This document shows, piece after piece, positions 1 through 9,830 of a DNA stretch of 64,000 bases. Below the pieces are notes generated by a model. That model saw only the letters and a list, made by a program, of their open reading frames with translations. It searched no databases and was not told the origin of the DNA. The position numbers and the translations under genes are program-made. The stretch is taken from contig JAKLKB010000020.1 in the NCBI GenBank assembly GCA_023150835.1, forward strand, positions 1 through 64,000, in the 5' to 3' direction. The stretch is from Myxococcota bacterium. GTDB taxonomy: Bacteria > Myxococcota_C > UBA6777. Position 1 is the first letter of the stretch; the number at the start of each line of letters is the position of its first letter.

Positions 1-40
1 AGTATGCTTTTCTCGCATATTCGATGCAAATTTTCTGAGA

Positions 41-156
41 TAGGAATTACGCAGTTGAAAAGGGAAACCGTGAAGAATCAACCCGTTGTAGGGGCGGTTC
101 GCGAACCGCCCGCGCCCGAACATGGGCCTTTTTCGTATCGAACTGCGTAAGTCTTA
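41..156. mobile_element. 116-bp MITE/REPIN-like element with 16-bp imperfect terminal inverted repeats and an internal GTAG-type REP palindrome
   Basis: TAGGAATTACGCAGTT (41-56) pairs with AACTGCGTAAGTCTTA (141-156) with 2 mismatches; internal hairpin GTAGGGGCGGTTCGCGAACCGCCC (88-111). Confidence 0.7.
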
Positions 157-201
157 TGAGAATAAACTTCGTTCATTGCATCAAACATTCGGAGAATTTC
201 A

Positions 202-2598
202 ATGACAAAGATTACGCCTTCCGCCTCGCAAGTCGCCCAAAAGTACCAAATCGAGACCCAAAAGCTTTCGCCCGAACAACTCCAAAAGCTTGACACCGAC
301 AAAAGCGGGCAGATCGAAGCAGGGGAGATGGAGGCGGCCCGAAAGCTGACGGATACCAACAACGACGGAATGATCGATCAGCGCGAAAACAAGATTCTTC
401 AAACGCTCCTTGGAAAAGAAGACAGGCCTCAAGACATCGCACCTTTTTTGGAAGCCAATCTCTCACAAAGAGCGGCGACGCTTGCCAAAGACAGCGAGGG
501 CGCAGAGCAAAAAGCCATGAGCCATCTACAACACTCGGAGACCAAGCTCCATACAGCGCGCAGCGAGATGACCAAAGCTCTCAATCAGGCCCCTCTCTCG
601 CTTGAAGGGACCCCCGAACCTTCGAGCGATCTCAAAACCCTTCAAAGCGAGCGAGCCAAGAAACCCTCCGCAGAGGCGATCCAAGTCGAAGAAAAAAAGC
701 TTTCTCAAAACGAAGAGCGACTTCAGACACTTGAGCAAGGCTACAAAGAAGCCGGAGCCACCGTCGAAAAGATCCGTCATTCTCTTGGTAGAAGCCGAGC
801 TTCGGTGGACGATCTGCTCAAAACCAAAGAAAAGCACGTCAAGCATTTCCAAGAAGAAATCGAAAAACTCCCTAGACTTTCTCAAGATTACCCGACATCA
901 GCAGCCAAAACAGAGGGACTCAAAAAGCTCCGCACGCAGATCGAGCAGATCGACAAAGACATCAGCAAGCTCAACAAAAGCAACCCAAAAAACGAGGCAG
1001 AGAGGACGGCCAAAAAAGAAAAACTCGAACATTTAAAGACGGCTGAAAAAGAAGCCACCGCTGCCCGTGACGAGTTGAAAAGCTTTGATCCAGCCTCTGC
1101 AGAACGCGATATCAGGCACGCCACAAAGCGACTCAAGGAGCTCGAAGGCGATATCGCTGAACTGAAGGGGGCCAAGAACACACTCGACGCCTACCCGATA
1201 GCCAAGGCCGAGCTTCAAAAAGAGATCCAAACGAGCAAGGAGATCATTGAGCCGACAAAGGCCTTGGATCGGCAGATCGCCTACGCCCAAGCACTCGAAG
1301 GCCCAAAGCAAAACCTTCTCGCCGCAGAAACGGCTGTAAAAGACGCGAAAGGTAACGTCGGCCAAGTCAAACAAGAACGCCAAACGCTCCAGACACTCTT
1401 GTTGGAAAGCCAATCGAAGGAGTTCAATGCGATCCGACACCAAGAGGCCGAAGGCATGAAGGCTCTTGAAAAGGCCGAAGCCGCCCAGACAAACTTTGAG
1501 AGTCCAGCCGTCCAAGGGCAGATCAAAACTCTTATGACGGCCAAGCGTGTTGATTCGCTTGTCGATCAAGGCCATCTGAAAGCCAAAGACGTGAATTGGG
1601 ATGTTCTTGATCGCGATCTCAAGGTGTCCCAAAAGGCAGTGGATCGAGCTTCTTCAGAGATGGAAGAAGCCGCCAACGGAGTGATCCAAAAGCTCGAAGA
1701 TCCGGCCTTCCAAGCCGCCCTTCAAAAGATGCCCGAAGACAAACGCGACGACATCATGGGCCGAATGCTTCTTTCGATCTCCAAAACCCAAGCGGGACAA
1801 GCGTACTTCGACAAAAACGTCGCCCCAGCCCTCGAAGGCGATCCAAAAGCCCCGCCGCTGTGGAGAAATGCTTACGATGGACTCAAAAACGGACAAAAGA
1901 GCACCCTCAACCTCCTCGAAGCCTCGGGTGCGATGCTTGCTTCACGCGAAGTCGGAAAAGCCTCCAAGCTCCTTGATAGCGGGATGTCACGAGCCTTGGG
2001 AATCAAGCCTGATCAACTTGGTGTTGTTGAAGAAGCTGCCTCTCTTTACAACAAAGGCAACGAAACAGCAGCGAAAGAGCTTTTGAAAAGATCTGATCTT
2101 GGGCACCTCGGTTCGAACCTGACAAAGATTGCCGGAACCTTTACTGTCTTGACGGGCCTCGTTGCAGTCGCGGATCTTGTGCAAAATCCGAATCTCAAAA
2201 ACATTGCTTCGACGGGCAAGTCGGCACTCGAAGTCACTTCGTTGGCTGGAAAACTTGTTGAAGAAAGCACACGTTTTGGTCGGTTTGCAAAGATCGCAGG
2301 AAAAGCAGCACCACCCGTCGATATGGTTTTGGGAGCGGTCGGTTTGTTCGGCGAAAAAGGGGCGATTCATCGTGGAGACATCGGGGGTACGATCGGAAAC
2401 AGTCTTACGATGGCTGGAGGAACCGTCGCAGCAGCGGGTTTGGCCTTGTCAGCCACAGGCGTCGGCTCGGTTGGCGGCGTCCCCATCGCTGCGATCGGAG
2501 CGATCATCTCCGGTGTTGGCGGCCTCGTCGATTGGATCTGGGGCGATTCGAGTACCACCAAATGGCTCAAGGAAAATGCCCCCGAGTACGTTCGCTGA
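202..2598 (+). CDS. EF-hand-containing coiled-coil protein with a Gly/Ala-rich hydrophobic C-terminus; function unknown, possible pore-forming effector
   Basis: 798-aa ORF with RBS GGAG upstream; EF-loop-like motifs DTDKSGQIEAGE and DTNNDGMIDQRE; long E/K-rich heptad region; C-terminal MAGGTVAAAGLALSATGVGSVGGVPIAAIGAIISGVGGLV. Confidence 0.75.
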   Translation: MTKITPSASQVAQKYQIETQKLSPEQLQKLDTDKSGQIEAGEMEAARKLTDTNNDGMIDQRENKILQTLLGKEDRPQDIAPFLEANLSQRAATLAKDSEGAEQKAMSHLQHSETKLHTARSEMTKALNQAPLSLEGTPEPSSDLKTLQSERAKKPSAEAIQVEEKKLSQNEERLQTLEQGYKEAGATVEKIRHSLGRSRASVDDLLKTKEKHVKHFQEEIEKLPRLSQDYPTSAAKTEGLKKLRTQIEQIDKDISKLNKSNPKNEAERTAKKEKLEHLKTAEKEATAARDELKSFDPASAERDIRHATKRLKELEGDIAELKGAKNTLDAYPIAKAELQKEIQTSKEIIEPTKALDRQIAYAQALEGPKQNLLAAETAVKDAKGNVGQVKQERQTLQTLLLESQSKEFNAIRHQEAEGMKALEKAEAAQTNFESPAVQGQIKTLMTAKRVDSLVDQGHLKAKDVNWDVLDRDLKVSQKAVDRASSEMEEAANGVIQKLEDPAFQAALQKMPEDKRDDIMGRMLLSISKTQAGQAYFDKNVAPALEGDPKAPPLWRNAYDGLKNGQKSTLNLLEASGAMLASREVGKASKLLDSGMSRALGIKPDQLGVVEEAASLYNKGNETAAKELLKRSDLGHLGSNLTKIAGTFTVLTGLVAVADLVQNPNLKNIASTGKSALEVTSLAGKLVEESTRFGRFAKIAGKAAPPVDMVLGAVGLFGEKGAIHRGDIGGTIGNSLTMAGGTVAAAGLALSATGVGSVGGVPIAAIGAIISGVGGLVDWIWGDSSTTKWLKENAPEYVR

Positions 2599-2688
2599 TC
2601 GCAAGAGGGAGGCTGATTTTGCCGTCCACTTAGGACGGGGTGTAGGGGGCATTTCGTAGGATTGCGGATGAAACAGCACAATTACCCT

Positions 2689-4518
2689 CTAGGGACGGGG
2701 TGGGGGGGCAGGTGTGCGTCGTCGTGGGGTGGGTGGGGTATCTTCTTTAAGTCGGCGCTGACGGCGGCGCTTGATCATGGCTCGAATGCGCGCAGCATCG
2801 GGGCTTTTTGGATCGAGCGTCATGAATTTTTTATAGCTACGCTCAGCGTCCATACATGAATCGTATTGGTAGGTCGGATTCGTGGGGGGAAGATTGCAAT
2901 GGCCCATCTTGTCGTAAGCATCGCCGATCAGCGCATGGATCTTGTGTTGGTCGGGTTCTTTGGAGAGCCAGCGTTCGTAGCATTTGATGGCTTCTTTGTG
3001 GCGATTGCGTCGGAGATGGCTCGCGCAAATTTGTTGGAGAGAATAACGGCGCTTGGGAGGGGAAGATGCTTTGGTTTTTTTAGGGCGACGTTTGGGTTCG
3101 GTATCTTCGGGGGTTTGGCCGAGTTGTTGTTGGAGGCTTTTGTGGATCTCTTGGGCTTCGGAGTATTCGGGGTCTAATTCTAAGATCGCGGCGCTAAATT
3201 GGATGGCTTCGTTGGGTCGGTTGTTTGCGGTGGCTGCTTTCAATCGGATCATCAAGGCGTTGATCGCACGAGGCGTAAGGCGTTGGCGATCTTTTTGGAC
3301 TTGTTCGATGTAACGGCTGGCTTTGTGAACTTCTTTGAGGCGATTGAGCGCCGCGTAATAATCGTTCTTTTCTTCGAGATCATAGGCTTCTTGAAGGATC
3401 TTTCGCTGTTTCTTTTCAAAGAAGATCTTGTCTCGGAGTTCTTCGGCTTCTTTCCAACCTGCGCGTTTTTGTAAGGCTTCTTCGACAAGACGTTGGCTCA
3501 TCTCGTAGTTCTGGTGTTCGTACAGATCGCGGGCGCGTTGAAAGAGCAGTTCGGCCCCTGTTGCGGAGGGTGATTTTTTGGGATCGACTTGGCGGACTTC
3601 GATCGGGGAAGGCGGGCGGGGTTCGGTTTTTTTCCCCATCACAGGGGTTGTTCGGCCCGCTTGAAGAAGGTACACGATCGCAAGGATGCACACCAAAAGC
3701 ATCCCCGTGACGACTCCCGCCAAGACCATCCAACGAGAGCTTTGTTGGGCCTCGTTGGCGGCAACCGCAGCGATCATCATGTTGGGATCATCGGGGAAAT
3801 GAAGTTCAACTTGGTTAGATTCGCTTGCGGAGGCGAAGCGGATCCGAACGTGTCCAAGCTCGACGATATCGCCAAGCCGCAGATCACAACGCTCAAAGTC
3901 TTCACCGTTGACACGGACACCGTTGGCGCTGTTGAGATCTTTGATCTGGAACGTACCGTCTTGAAAGGAAAGTTCGGCGTGTGCGCGAGAGACGGACACA
4001 TGGTCGATACAGATATCGTTGTCATCCGTCCGACCGATCGTCACCTTGTCTTTCTTCATTGGAAACCGCTGTCCCGCAAAAGATGTGCTGATCACGATCA
4101 GTCGGATGTCTTGGGGCTGGAGTCCATGTTTCCCCGAGATAGCGGGGATCTCATGGGCGGGGGTTTCTTTTTCCGAAGACTTTTTGGGGGGAGCCGAAGG
4201 TCGGGCATCGACCTCTTCTTCTTGAGAGGCGTCTCGCAGCGTAAGGTGATAATCGCCGATTTCCACAAGGTCGCCTGCTTTTAGCGGGGATTGGGAGTCG
4301 ATCATCTCACCGTTGAGAAAGATGCCGTTGTAGCTGTTGGCGTCTTCGATGCGGATGATCCCGTCTTCCACAACAAGACGTGCATGGACCCGTGAGATGT
4401 TGCGCTCGTTAAGGCGGATCGCGTTGCCCTCGCCACGACCGATGGTGATCTGGTTGCGGATGAGAGGAACAACGGTGGTTTTCCCTTCGTCATCTTCGAT
4501 GATCAGCTTGTACATCAT
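2689..4518 (-). CDS. Tandem-FHA domain membrane protein with C-terminal TPR-like region
   Basis: Two FHA motif sets (ITIGR...ISRVHA...NSYNG; VTIGR...VSRAHA...NSANG); one TM helix (WMVLAGVVTGMLLVCILAIVYLL); helical TPR-like repeats after the TM. Confidence 0.85.
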   Translation of the reverse strand: MMYKLIIEDDEGKTTVVPLIRNQITIGRGEGNAIRLNERNISRVHARLVVEDGIIRIEDANSYNGIFLNGEMIDSQSPLKAGDLVEIGDYHLTLRDASQEEEVDARPSAPPKKSSEKETPAHEIPAISGKHGLQPQDIRLIVISTSFAGQRFPMKKDKVTIGRTDDNDICIDHVSVSRAHAELSFQDGTFQIKDLNSANGVRVNGEDFERCDLRLGDIVELGHVRIRFASASESNQVELHFPDDPNMMIAAVAANEAQQSSRWMVLAGVVTGMLLVCILAIVYLLQAGRTTPVMGKKTEPRPPSPIEVRQVDPKKSPSATGAELLFQRARDLYEHQNYEMSQRLVEEALQKRAGWKEAEELRDKIFFEKKQRKILQEAYDLEEKNDYYAALNRLKEVHKASRYIEQVQKDRQRLTPRAINALMIRLKAATANNRPNEAIQFSAAILELDPEYSEAQEIHKSLQQQLGQTPEDTEPKRRPKKTKASSPPKRRYSLQQICASHLRRNRHKEAIKCYERWLSKEPDQHKIHALIGDAYDKMGHCNLPPTNPTYQYDSCMDAERSYKKFMTLDPKSPDAARIRAMIKRRRQRRLKEDTPPTPRRRTPAPPPRP

Positions 4519-4775
4519 TTTCCCGTTATGGTCCCGCAGCGTGGGCGCAAGCGATCAATTAAATTCTGCTCTTGGCCGTCTTCACGACAAAGAGTGCCGT
4601 TCCAACGGCCACTTTGCCAAAGAGCCTATGTTGGTTGCGTCGCCTTGTCAAGAACATCAACCGACAGGCAGGAAAAGCATCAAAAAGGAAGGGGTGAGGT
4701 GGTCTTGTGGCGGGGCTGCGAGAAGAAAAGGCCGATGGAAAAAGCGCAAGTTCAAAGACAGCGAATCGTGCGTTG

Positions 4776-6719
4776 CTATCGAGAGAACAGATTGCGGATA
4801 TCACCAGCGGTCGCCCAGATCAGCAAAGAGAAGATCAAGACGAAGCCGACGATGTGTGCGTATGTTTCGATCTTGAGGCTCCACTTTTCGTCCACACCGA
4901 CGGCACGAAAGCCTTGTTGAAGAACCAAAAAGACGATCCGACCGCCATCAAGCGCAGGGATCGGTAGTAAGTTAAAAAACGCAAGATGGATGCTGATGAC
5001 CGAAACAAAGATCAAGAAAAAGAACGCGCCTTGGCGGACGGCTTGGTTCGCCATATTGACGATCCCAACGGGGCCTGTGAGATTGGCTTGCTCTTTTCCA
5101 CGAAATATCCGCGACAAGCCTTGCCAGATCCGCACATTCCACGTCCACGTTTGCTGTAAAGCCCGAGAAGAAGCCTCGCGAAGCCCCGAACGTGCAAGAG
5201 GAAAGTCTAACTGTGGCTGAAAGCCTAGCTTCCAATCAGACGGCTTTTGTGCGACGGGTGCTTTTAGCGACAAACGCTGGCCTTTGCGCTCGACCTCGAT
5301 CGAAACATCCTTGTAGATACGAGCCCGCAGTGCCGCAAGCAGATGTTCGACGGTACTGATCTCGATGCCGTCGATGGCGAGGATGCGATCGCCTGCTTTC
5401 ATGCCGATCTGTTTGGCTGTTGAACCCGCTAAGGTCTGCATCACCAAGACCCATTGGGTTGGGCGCAAGTTCCATTGGAGATCGCTGACTTTGAGACCTT
5501 TGGGCCAATCGATCTGCACAGGCTTGTTGCCGCGCACCAACAAGACTTTAAGCGGCTTTTTCTCTGCACGACCAAGCAAGACCAAAAGCTGTTCGTTGGG
5601 CGAGATCTCAGGACGCGAGGCCAAGGGCGCACCCTCCACAGCAAGCACACGGTCCCCTTCGCGCAAGCCCATTTGATTCCCTTCGATCTTCACGGCCCCA
5701 AGCCACAGTTCTTCTTGCCCTTCGAGGCGCAGCCCTTTGCGCAAAGGAGCCGTCTGTTGGACTTTTGCGACATGCGTCTCAAAGGTTCGATCCGCCCGTC
5801 GAAAACGTACCGCGACTTTTTCTTTCGCATCGCCTTGGAGGTAGCGGAAAAGATAGTTGGGTTCGCTGGCTTCTTGCCCCGCGATCTCCAAGATCACATC
5901 GCCCTGCTGAAGGCCGGCCTTGGCGAGCGGATGTGCGCTGCCCACCGAACCAAGCAAGATCACTTGGCGCGGCTTGAAGGTGACAAGACTGAAAAAGGGC
6001 TGTTTCTTGGTATTGGGGATCTGGATCTCTTGCGTCCCCGCAAGCCCTTTTACCGACGAAACGGCAGGAGGGGCCACAGGCGCGGTGGGTGCGGGGCTTG
6101 AAGTCGCGCTTGGTTGAGATGCCGCAGAAGACGTTTGTTTGGGCGGCTGTTCTTTCGAGTGAGAAACGCGCTGTATCGTCAAGCGAAAGGGCTTGCCTTC
6201 GCCTTGTTGGTGTATCCTCTCCGTGAGGTGTTGGCCCAAAGATCGCGCAGGGTGTCCTGTAATCGCCGTCCCATCGACCGCAGCAACATAGTCCCCTTGT
6301 TTGATCCCCAAGGTGCTTGCTTGGCCTTTGGCTTCGACCTGTCGGATCTGCACATGGCGATCAGGAACGCCCCAGTATCCGAAGACAAAGAGGAAAAGCG
6401 CAAACGCAGTGATGTAATTGGCCAACGGACCGGCAAAGATGGTCGCAAATCGCTTCCACGGTGCGCTCATCAGAAAGCCTTGTGGATCGTTGGCGTCTTC
6501 TTCTTCGGGGTGCATCCCAGCGATACGGACGTATCCGCCTAGAGGGATCGCACGAACAGAGTACTCGACCTCTTTGTGTTTGAATTGAAACAGCAACGGA
6601 CCAAAGCCGATCGCAAACTCGTACACCTTCATCCCACACCAACGGGCCACAAAAAAATGACCCGCTTCGTGCAAGACGATCAACAAACCCAGAGCAAGTA
6701 TCGCGTACAAATAATTCAT
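4776..6719 (-). CDS. rseP: Site-2 protease (M50B) RseP with about four PDZ domains
   Basis: HEAGH zinc motif, FAIGFGP, AIPLGGYV, AGPLAN, NLLPIPALDGG; four G(I/L/M)xxGDx(V/I) PDZ-type segments. Confidence 0.93.
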   Translation of the reverse strand: MNYLYAILALGLLIVLHEAGHFFVARWCGMKVYEFAIGFGPLLFQFKHKEVEYSVRAIPLGGYVRIAGMHPEEEDANDPQGFLMSAPWKRFATIFAGPLANYITAFALFLFVFGYWGVPDRHVQIRQVEAKGQASTLGIKQGDYVAAVDGTAITGHPARSLGQHLTERIHQQGEGKPFRLTIQRVSHSKEQPPKQTSSAASQPSATSSPAPTAPVAPPAVSSVKGLAGTQEIQIPNTKKQPFFSLVTFKPRQVILLGSVGSAHPLAKAGLQQGDVILEIAGQEASEPNYLFRYLQGDAKEKVAVRFRRADRTFETHVAKVQQTAPLRKGLRLEGQEELWLGAVKIEGNQMGLREGDRVLAVEGAPLASRPEISPNEQLLVLLGRAEKKPLKVLLVRGNKPVQIDWPKGLKVSDLQWNLRPTQWVLVMQTLAGSTAKQIGMKAGDRILAIDGIEISTVEHLLAALRARIYKDVSIEVERKGQRLSLKAPVAQKPSDWKLGFQPQLDFPLARSGLREASSRALQQTWTWNVRIWQGLSRIFRGKEQANLTGPVGIVNMANQAVRQGAFFFLIFVSVISIHLAFFNLLPIPALDGGRIVFLVLQQGFRAVGVDEKWSLKIETYAHIVGFVLIFSLLIWATAGDIRNLFSR

Positions 6720-6908
6720 TTTTTAGAAAAACTCCCGAGTGACGGGGACTTTGGGTCCACCAAACCAAAAAGCGCGATTTGTTCTAGCAAATGCCTTCCC
6801 CCCGCGCAAGGCACGACTTTTCGCCCACTTCGCCAAATAGCGATCCTGTTGCACACGACGGCATACCACACCGATCCTTCAAACCCCCAAGGCACCCGCC
6901 CTTTTGCA

Positions 6909-7820
6909 TCATCTCGCAACGATCTCCACTCGCGTTTGTGGAGCGAGGCAGTTGTAGAGAGACACCGCGTGGTGTGGAAACAAGGTGAGACAACCCGCCG
7001 AACCATCGAGATGATACGAGGCATGGATCTCAATGCAGCTTCCTGTACGCCCGCTTTTTTGGTCGGATTCGTTCGGATAATCCAAGGCCATCACCGTAGC
7101 ATAACGCCCACCATACGGGCGCAACCACAGTCGCTCATCGCGTGGCCCTTTGTCACGGCGAAATTCGCTCAAACGGGTGACGCGGTTGTGCATACAAAAA
7201 GCCCGACGAGCCACGATCCGATAACGCTGTCGCTGTCGCTCGATCTTGTCGGATAGTCGGGGTTCATGGCGAGCCGCCATCCACGTGATGCGGTACGTGC
7301 CAAGCGGCGTCTTTTTGTCCCCTTCACGCTGTTTGCCGAAGCCCTTTCGCCCATGCCCCACAGGCCACGTTCGCAAAACACGATCACCTCGACAAAGTCG
7401 CATCGTCTTCTCGCTTGCCACCACCACCAAAAACACGTCGTTGTTCTTCGCTTTGTTTGCATAACGACGACATCGCTTCGAAGGTTTCCCTTTGGCTTTT
7501 TCCCACAAACATCGGCGTTGTTGTTGCCACATGCGCGCTTTTTGCTCCCATCCTTTGGGCAAGAGGCGTTTGCGTGTAGTTTCTTTCGAGCCATCCGACA
7601 AGATCCGCTCGCTCTTTTTGGGGTCTCGTCCCTTCGACGGAGCCCGTGTCTCTGGAAGAGACTCTGCAGACGCTTGTTGTCCGCTTCCCCCCACCCAGAC
7701 GATTCCCCCGTACACGACCCAACACCCGAACCACCCGAACCATCCGCGCCATCCGCGCCACCCGAACCATCCGCGCCATCGCCTCTGCGACATCCACATC
7801 TCCCTTGCCTCACAACCCAC
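6909..7820 (-). CDS. L,D-transpeptidase (YkuD family); start codon uncertain
   Basis: KQREGDKKTPLGTY, ALDYPN, IEIHA...SAGC catalytic His/Cys motif. Confidence 0.85.
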   Translation of the reverse strand: MGCEAREMWMSQRRWRGWFGWRGWRGWFGWFGCWVVYGGIVWVGGSGQQASAESLPETRAPSKGRDPKKSERILSDGSKETTRKRLLPKGWEQKARMWQQQRRCLWEKAKGKPSKRCRRYANKAKNNDVFLVVVASEKTMRLCRGDRVLRTWPVGHGRKGFGKQREGDKKTPLGTYRITWMAARHEPRLSDKIERQRQRYRIVARRAFCMHNRVTRLSEFRRDKGPRDERLWLRPYGGRYATVMALDYPNESDQKSGRTGSCIEIHASYHLDGSAGCLTLFPHHAVSLYNCLAPQTRVEIVAR

Positions 7821-7823
7821 ACA

Positions 7824-7944
7824 GATGATATCCGAAAAAAGTGTGCTCGAAACATCGTTGCGGTTCGCTGTGATGGCCCTATTTTTGGGCAGCCACCGAG
7901 GCTGCCCCTACATATACCGATCACACGGATGGGCGGATCTCGTA
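7824..7944. mobile_element. Degenerate copy of the ~113-bp MITE/REP-like family (copy C)
   Basis: Ends GATGATATCCG and CGGATCTCGTA; internal hairpin GGGCAGCC-ACCGA-GGCTGCCCCTAC; GATCACAC motif shared with the other copies. Confidence 0.6.
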
Positions 7945-8080
7945 GGGCCTACGCAAGCATCGCTGGCTGCGGGTTCGCACCCTCCGCAAGATATCGCCCA
8001 AAGATAGACGCTCCCTTGATAAAAAGCAAAATGGAATGTTTGGTGGTGGGGCCGAAACGAGAGATGGCGCGGAGGGCGGA

Positions 8081-8887
8081 CTAGGGTCGATGGACAGCGT
8101 GGAGGATCAGCATCGCTCGTCCATTTTTGTGCAAAGGCCCCATCAAAGCGAGCTTGCCGCCATTTTGGAGGCGAAACAGAGTCGTCGCATAACGGACGAA
8201 GCGCTTTGTCTGAGGGAGATCGGATGCTTTTTGGGGATCGGATGCTTTTTGGGGATCGGATGCTTTTTGGGGATCGGATGCTTTTTGGGGATCGGATGCT
8301 TTTTGAGAAGAGTTCGGTGTGGTTTGGGAAGGCTTGCGTTCAAGGCGAAGAAAGGTCGCACGGATGCTGATCTTGCGTTCGCGTTTGTTGTAGGTTTGGG
8401 GAGTCAGTTGGATGGCGTAACGCGAGTTGACTTGGATGTGGACGGCGTTTTTGTAAGAGATCTGGTGGTTTTTTTGTTCAATCAAATGGTAGTTGTTGAA
8501 GTCGTAGAGTCCGAGGCTTGGGATATCTTTGCGCAAAGCAGGATCAAGGTACTTGTGTTCGCTGGTGTACGCATAAACCAGCTTGGCGCGAAGAGAAACG
8601 GTGGGGGATCCATACGTTTGAAACAAACGGATCTGCGCAAACAGCGGCTGCATCGCGGTGTACCACATCTGAATCGTTGACTGAGTGATGTGCAACGAGG
8701 CAGGGTGGGAAAAGAAAGAGGCTGCGTTGTTCGTGTCTGCCGAACGAAGCGGGGCGATCGAGTCCGTCGAAAGCGTCGTAGGGGTGGGGAGAATGGAGTG
8801 CAAAGGTTTGGCACGAACGGGGAGAGGAAGGAGCAAGCCCACAACAAGCACCAAAGCCATCGGGAAGCGCGTAGCGATCACGATCAA
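8081..8887 (-). CDS. Secreted hypothetical protein, translationally coupled to the anti-sigma gene
   Basis: Hydrophobic signal-peptide-like N-terminus; 4-nt overlap with the stop of 8884..9582; internal QKASDP repeats. Confidence 0.7.
   Translation of the reverse strand: MIVIATRFPMALVLVVGLLLPLPVRAKPLHSILPTPTTLSTDSIAPLRSADTNNAASFFSHPASLHITQSTIQMWYTAMQPLFAQIRLFQTYGSPTVSLRAKLVYAYTSEHKYLDPALRKDIPSLGLYDFNNYHLIEQKNHQISYKNAVHIQVNSRYAIQLTPQTYNKRERKISIRATFLRLERKPSQTTPNSSQKASDPQKASDPQKASDPQKASDPQKASDLPQTKRFVRYATTLFRLQNGGKLALMGPLHKNGRAMLILHAVHRP
8218..8305. repeat. 18-bp in-frame tandem repeat, about 5 copies (encodes QKASDP on the - strand)
   Basis: GATCGGATGCTTTTTGGG repeated. Confidence 0.9.
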
Positions 8888-9582
8888 TGTCCTTGTGTTT
8901 TTGGGGGAACGGGTGCTTTGTTTGAGTTGGAGATACGAGGTGTTTTTTTGGTGGAGGCGTTGGGTTCGGTGTCTTGCTCATCGAGAGCATCGGGTTCATC
9001 GACCACGATGACGGTCATTTCTTGGCCGGTGGCCTTGTTTTGGGTTTGCAATACAGCCACTTGCGAGCGTTTGCTGCCGGCGGCTTCGTCGACAACGCAA
9101 TCGTTGGGGGCGGGGCCGGGATCCATCCAGAAGGGAACCGCGACAACCAACAACACCACGGCAAAAGAACCTGCTGCGACAGACACGACAGGGTGGGCGC
9201 GCAGCCATAAGATCACACTTTCCCAAAGGCTTGGGCGAGGTTCTTCTTGGGTTGCGGGGGTGGCCTTCCAAAGGGCGACAGGAGCGACAGGGACGGCGAT
9301 CGGTGCTTCTTCTTTTGCGGGCGCAACAACGGGCTTTTGGATGCCTTGCATAATGCGTCGAGTCAAGCGGTCAAAGTCGACGTTGGCTGCGGCTTCTTCG
9401 GCTTTTTGATTCACCGATTGGCGGATCCATTGACGCATTTGACGTTGTTGTTCGAGGAGTTGTTGGGCCTCGCGATGTTCTGCGAGATGCGCTTCGACTG
9501 CGGAGCGTTCGACAGGGGAAAGCTCCCCGTCGAGGAATCCATCAAGTTGTTCTGGGGGTGGGATGCGATCTTGAGCAGACAT
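8884..9582 (-). CDS. Transmembrane anti-sigma factor with a zf-HC2/ASD-like N-terminus lacking the cysteines
   Basis: LDGFLDGELSPVERSAVEAHL motif; single TM (VVSVAAGSFAVVLLVVAVPFW); directly downstream of the ECF sigma gene; start re-called at MSAQD (9582). Confidence 0.8.
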   Translation of the reverse strand: MSAQDRIPPPEQLDGFLDGELSPVERSAVEAHLAEHREAQQLLEQQRQMRQWIRQSVNQKAEEAAANVDFDRLTRRIMQGIQKPVVAPAKEEAPIAVPVAPVALWKATPATQEEPRPSLWESVILWLRAHPVVSVAAGSFAVVLLVVAVPFWMDPGPAPNDCVVDEAAGSKRSQVAVLQTQNKATGQEMTVIVVDEPDALDEQDTEPNASTKKTPRISNSNKAPVPPKTQGH

Positions 9583-9830
9583 AATAACACCTAAAATCCT
9601 TCCTTGGTTGTTTGGGTGGCTCCCGATGGAACGTGGCTTCTCCCGTGCGTGGGAGGTTGTTTGATCAAAAAGGCCCTGATCGAAAACAAGAGGATCAAGA
9701 GGGCAGCAAGGGAGCGCCGAGGACACACAAGCCTTCGAAATCTCGTTCGTATGGGGTGATGTTGCAAGCTGTTTTTGCGATCGCGGTGATCACCTTGGCG
9801 AAATAGACCGAAAGACAAACCGTATAGACG

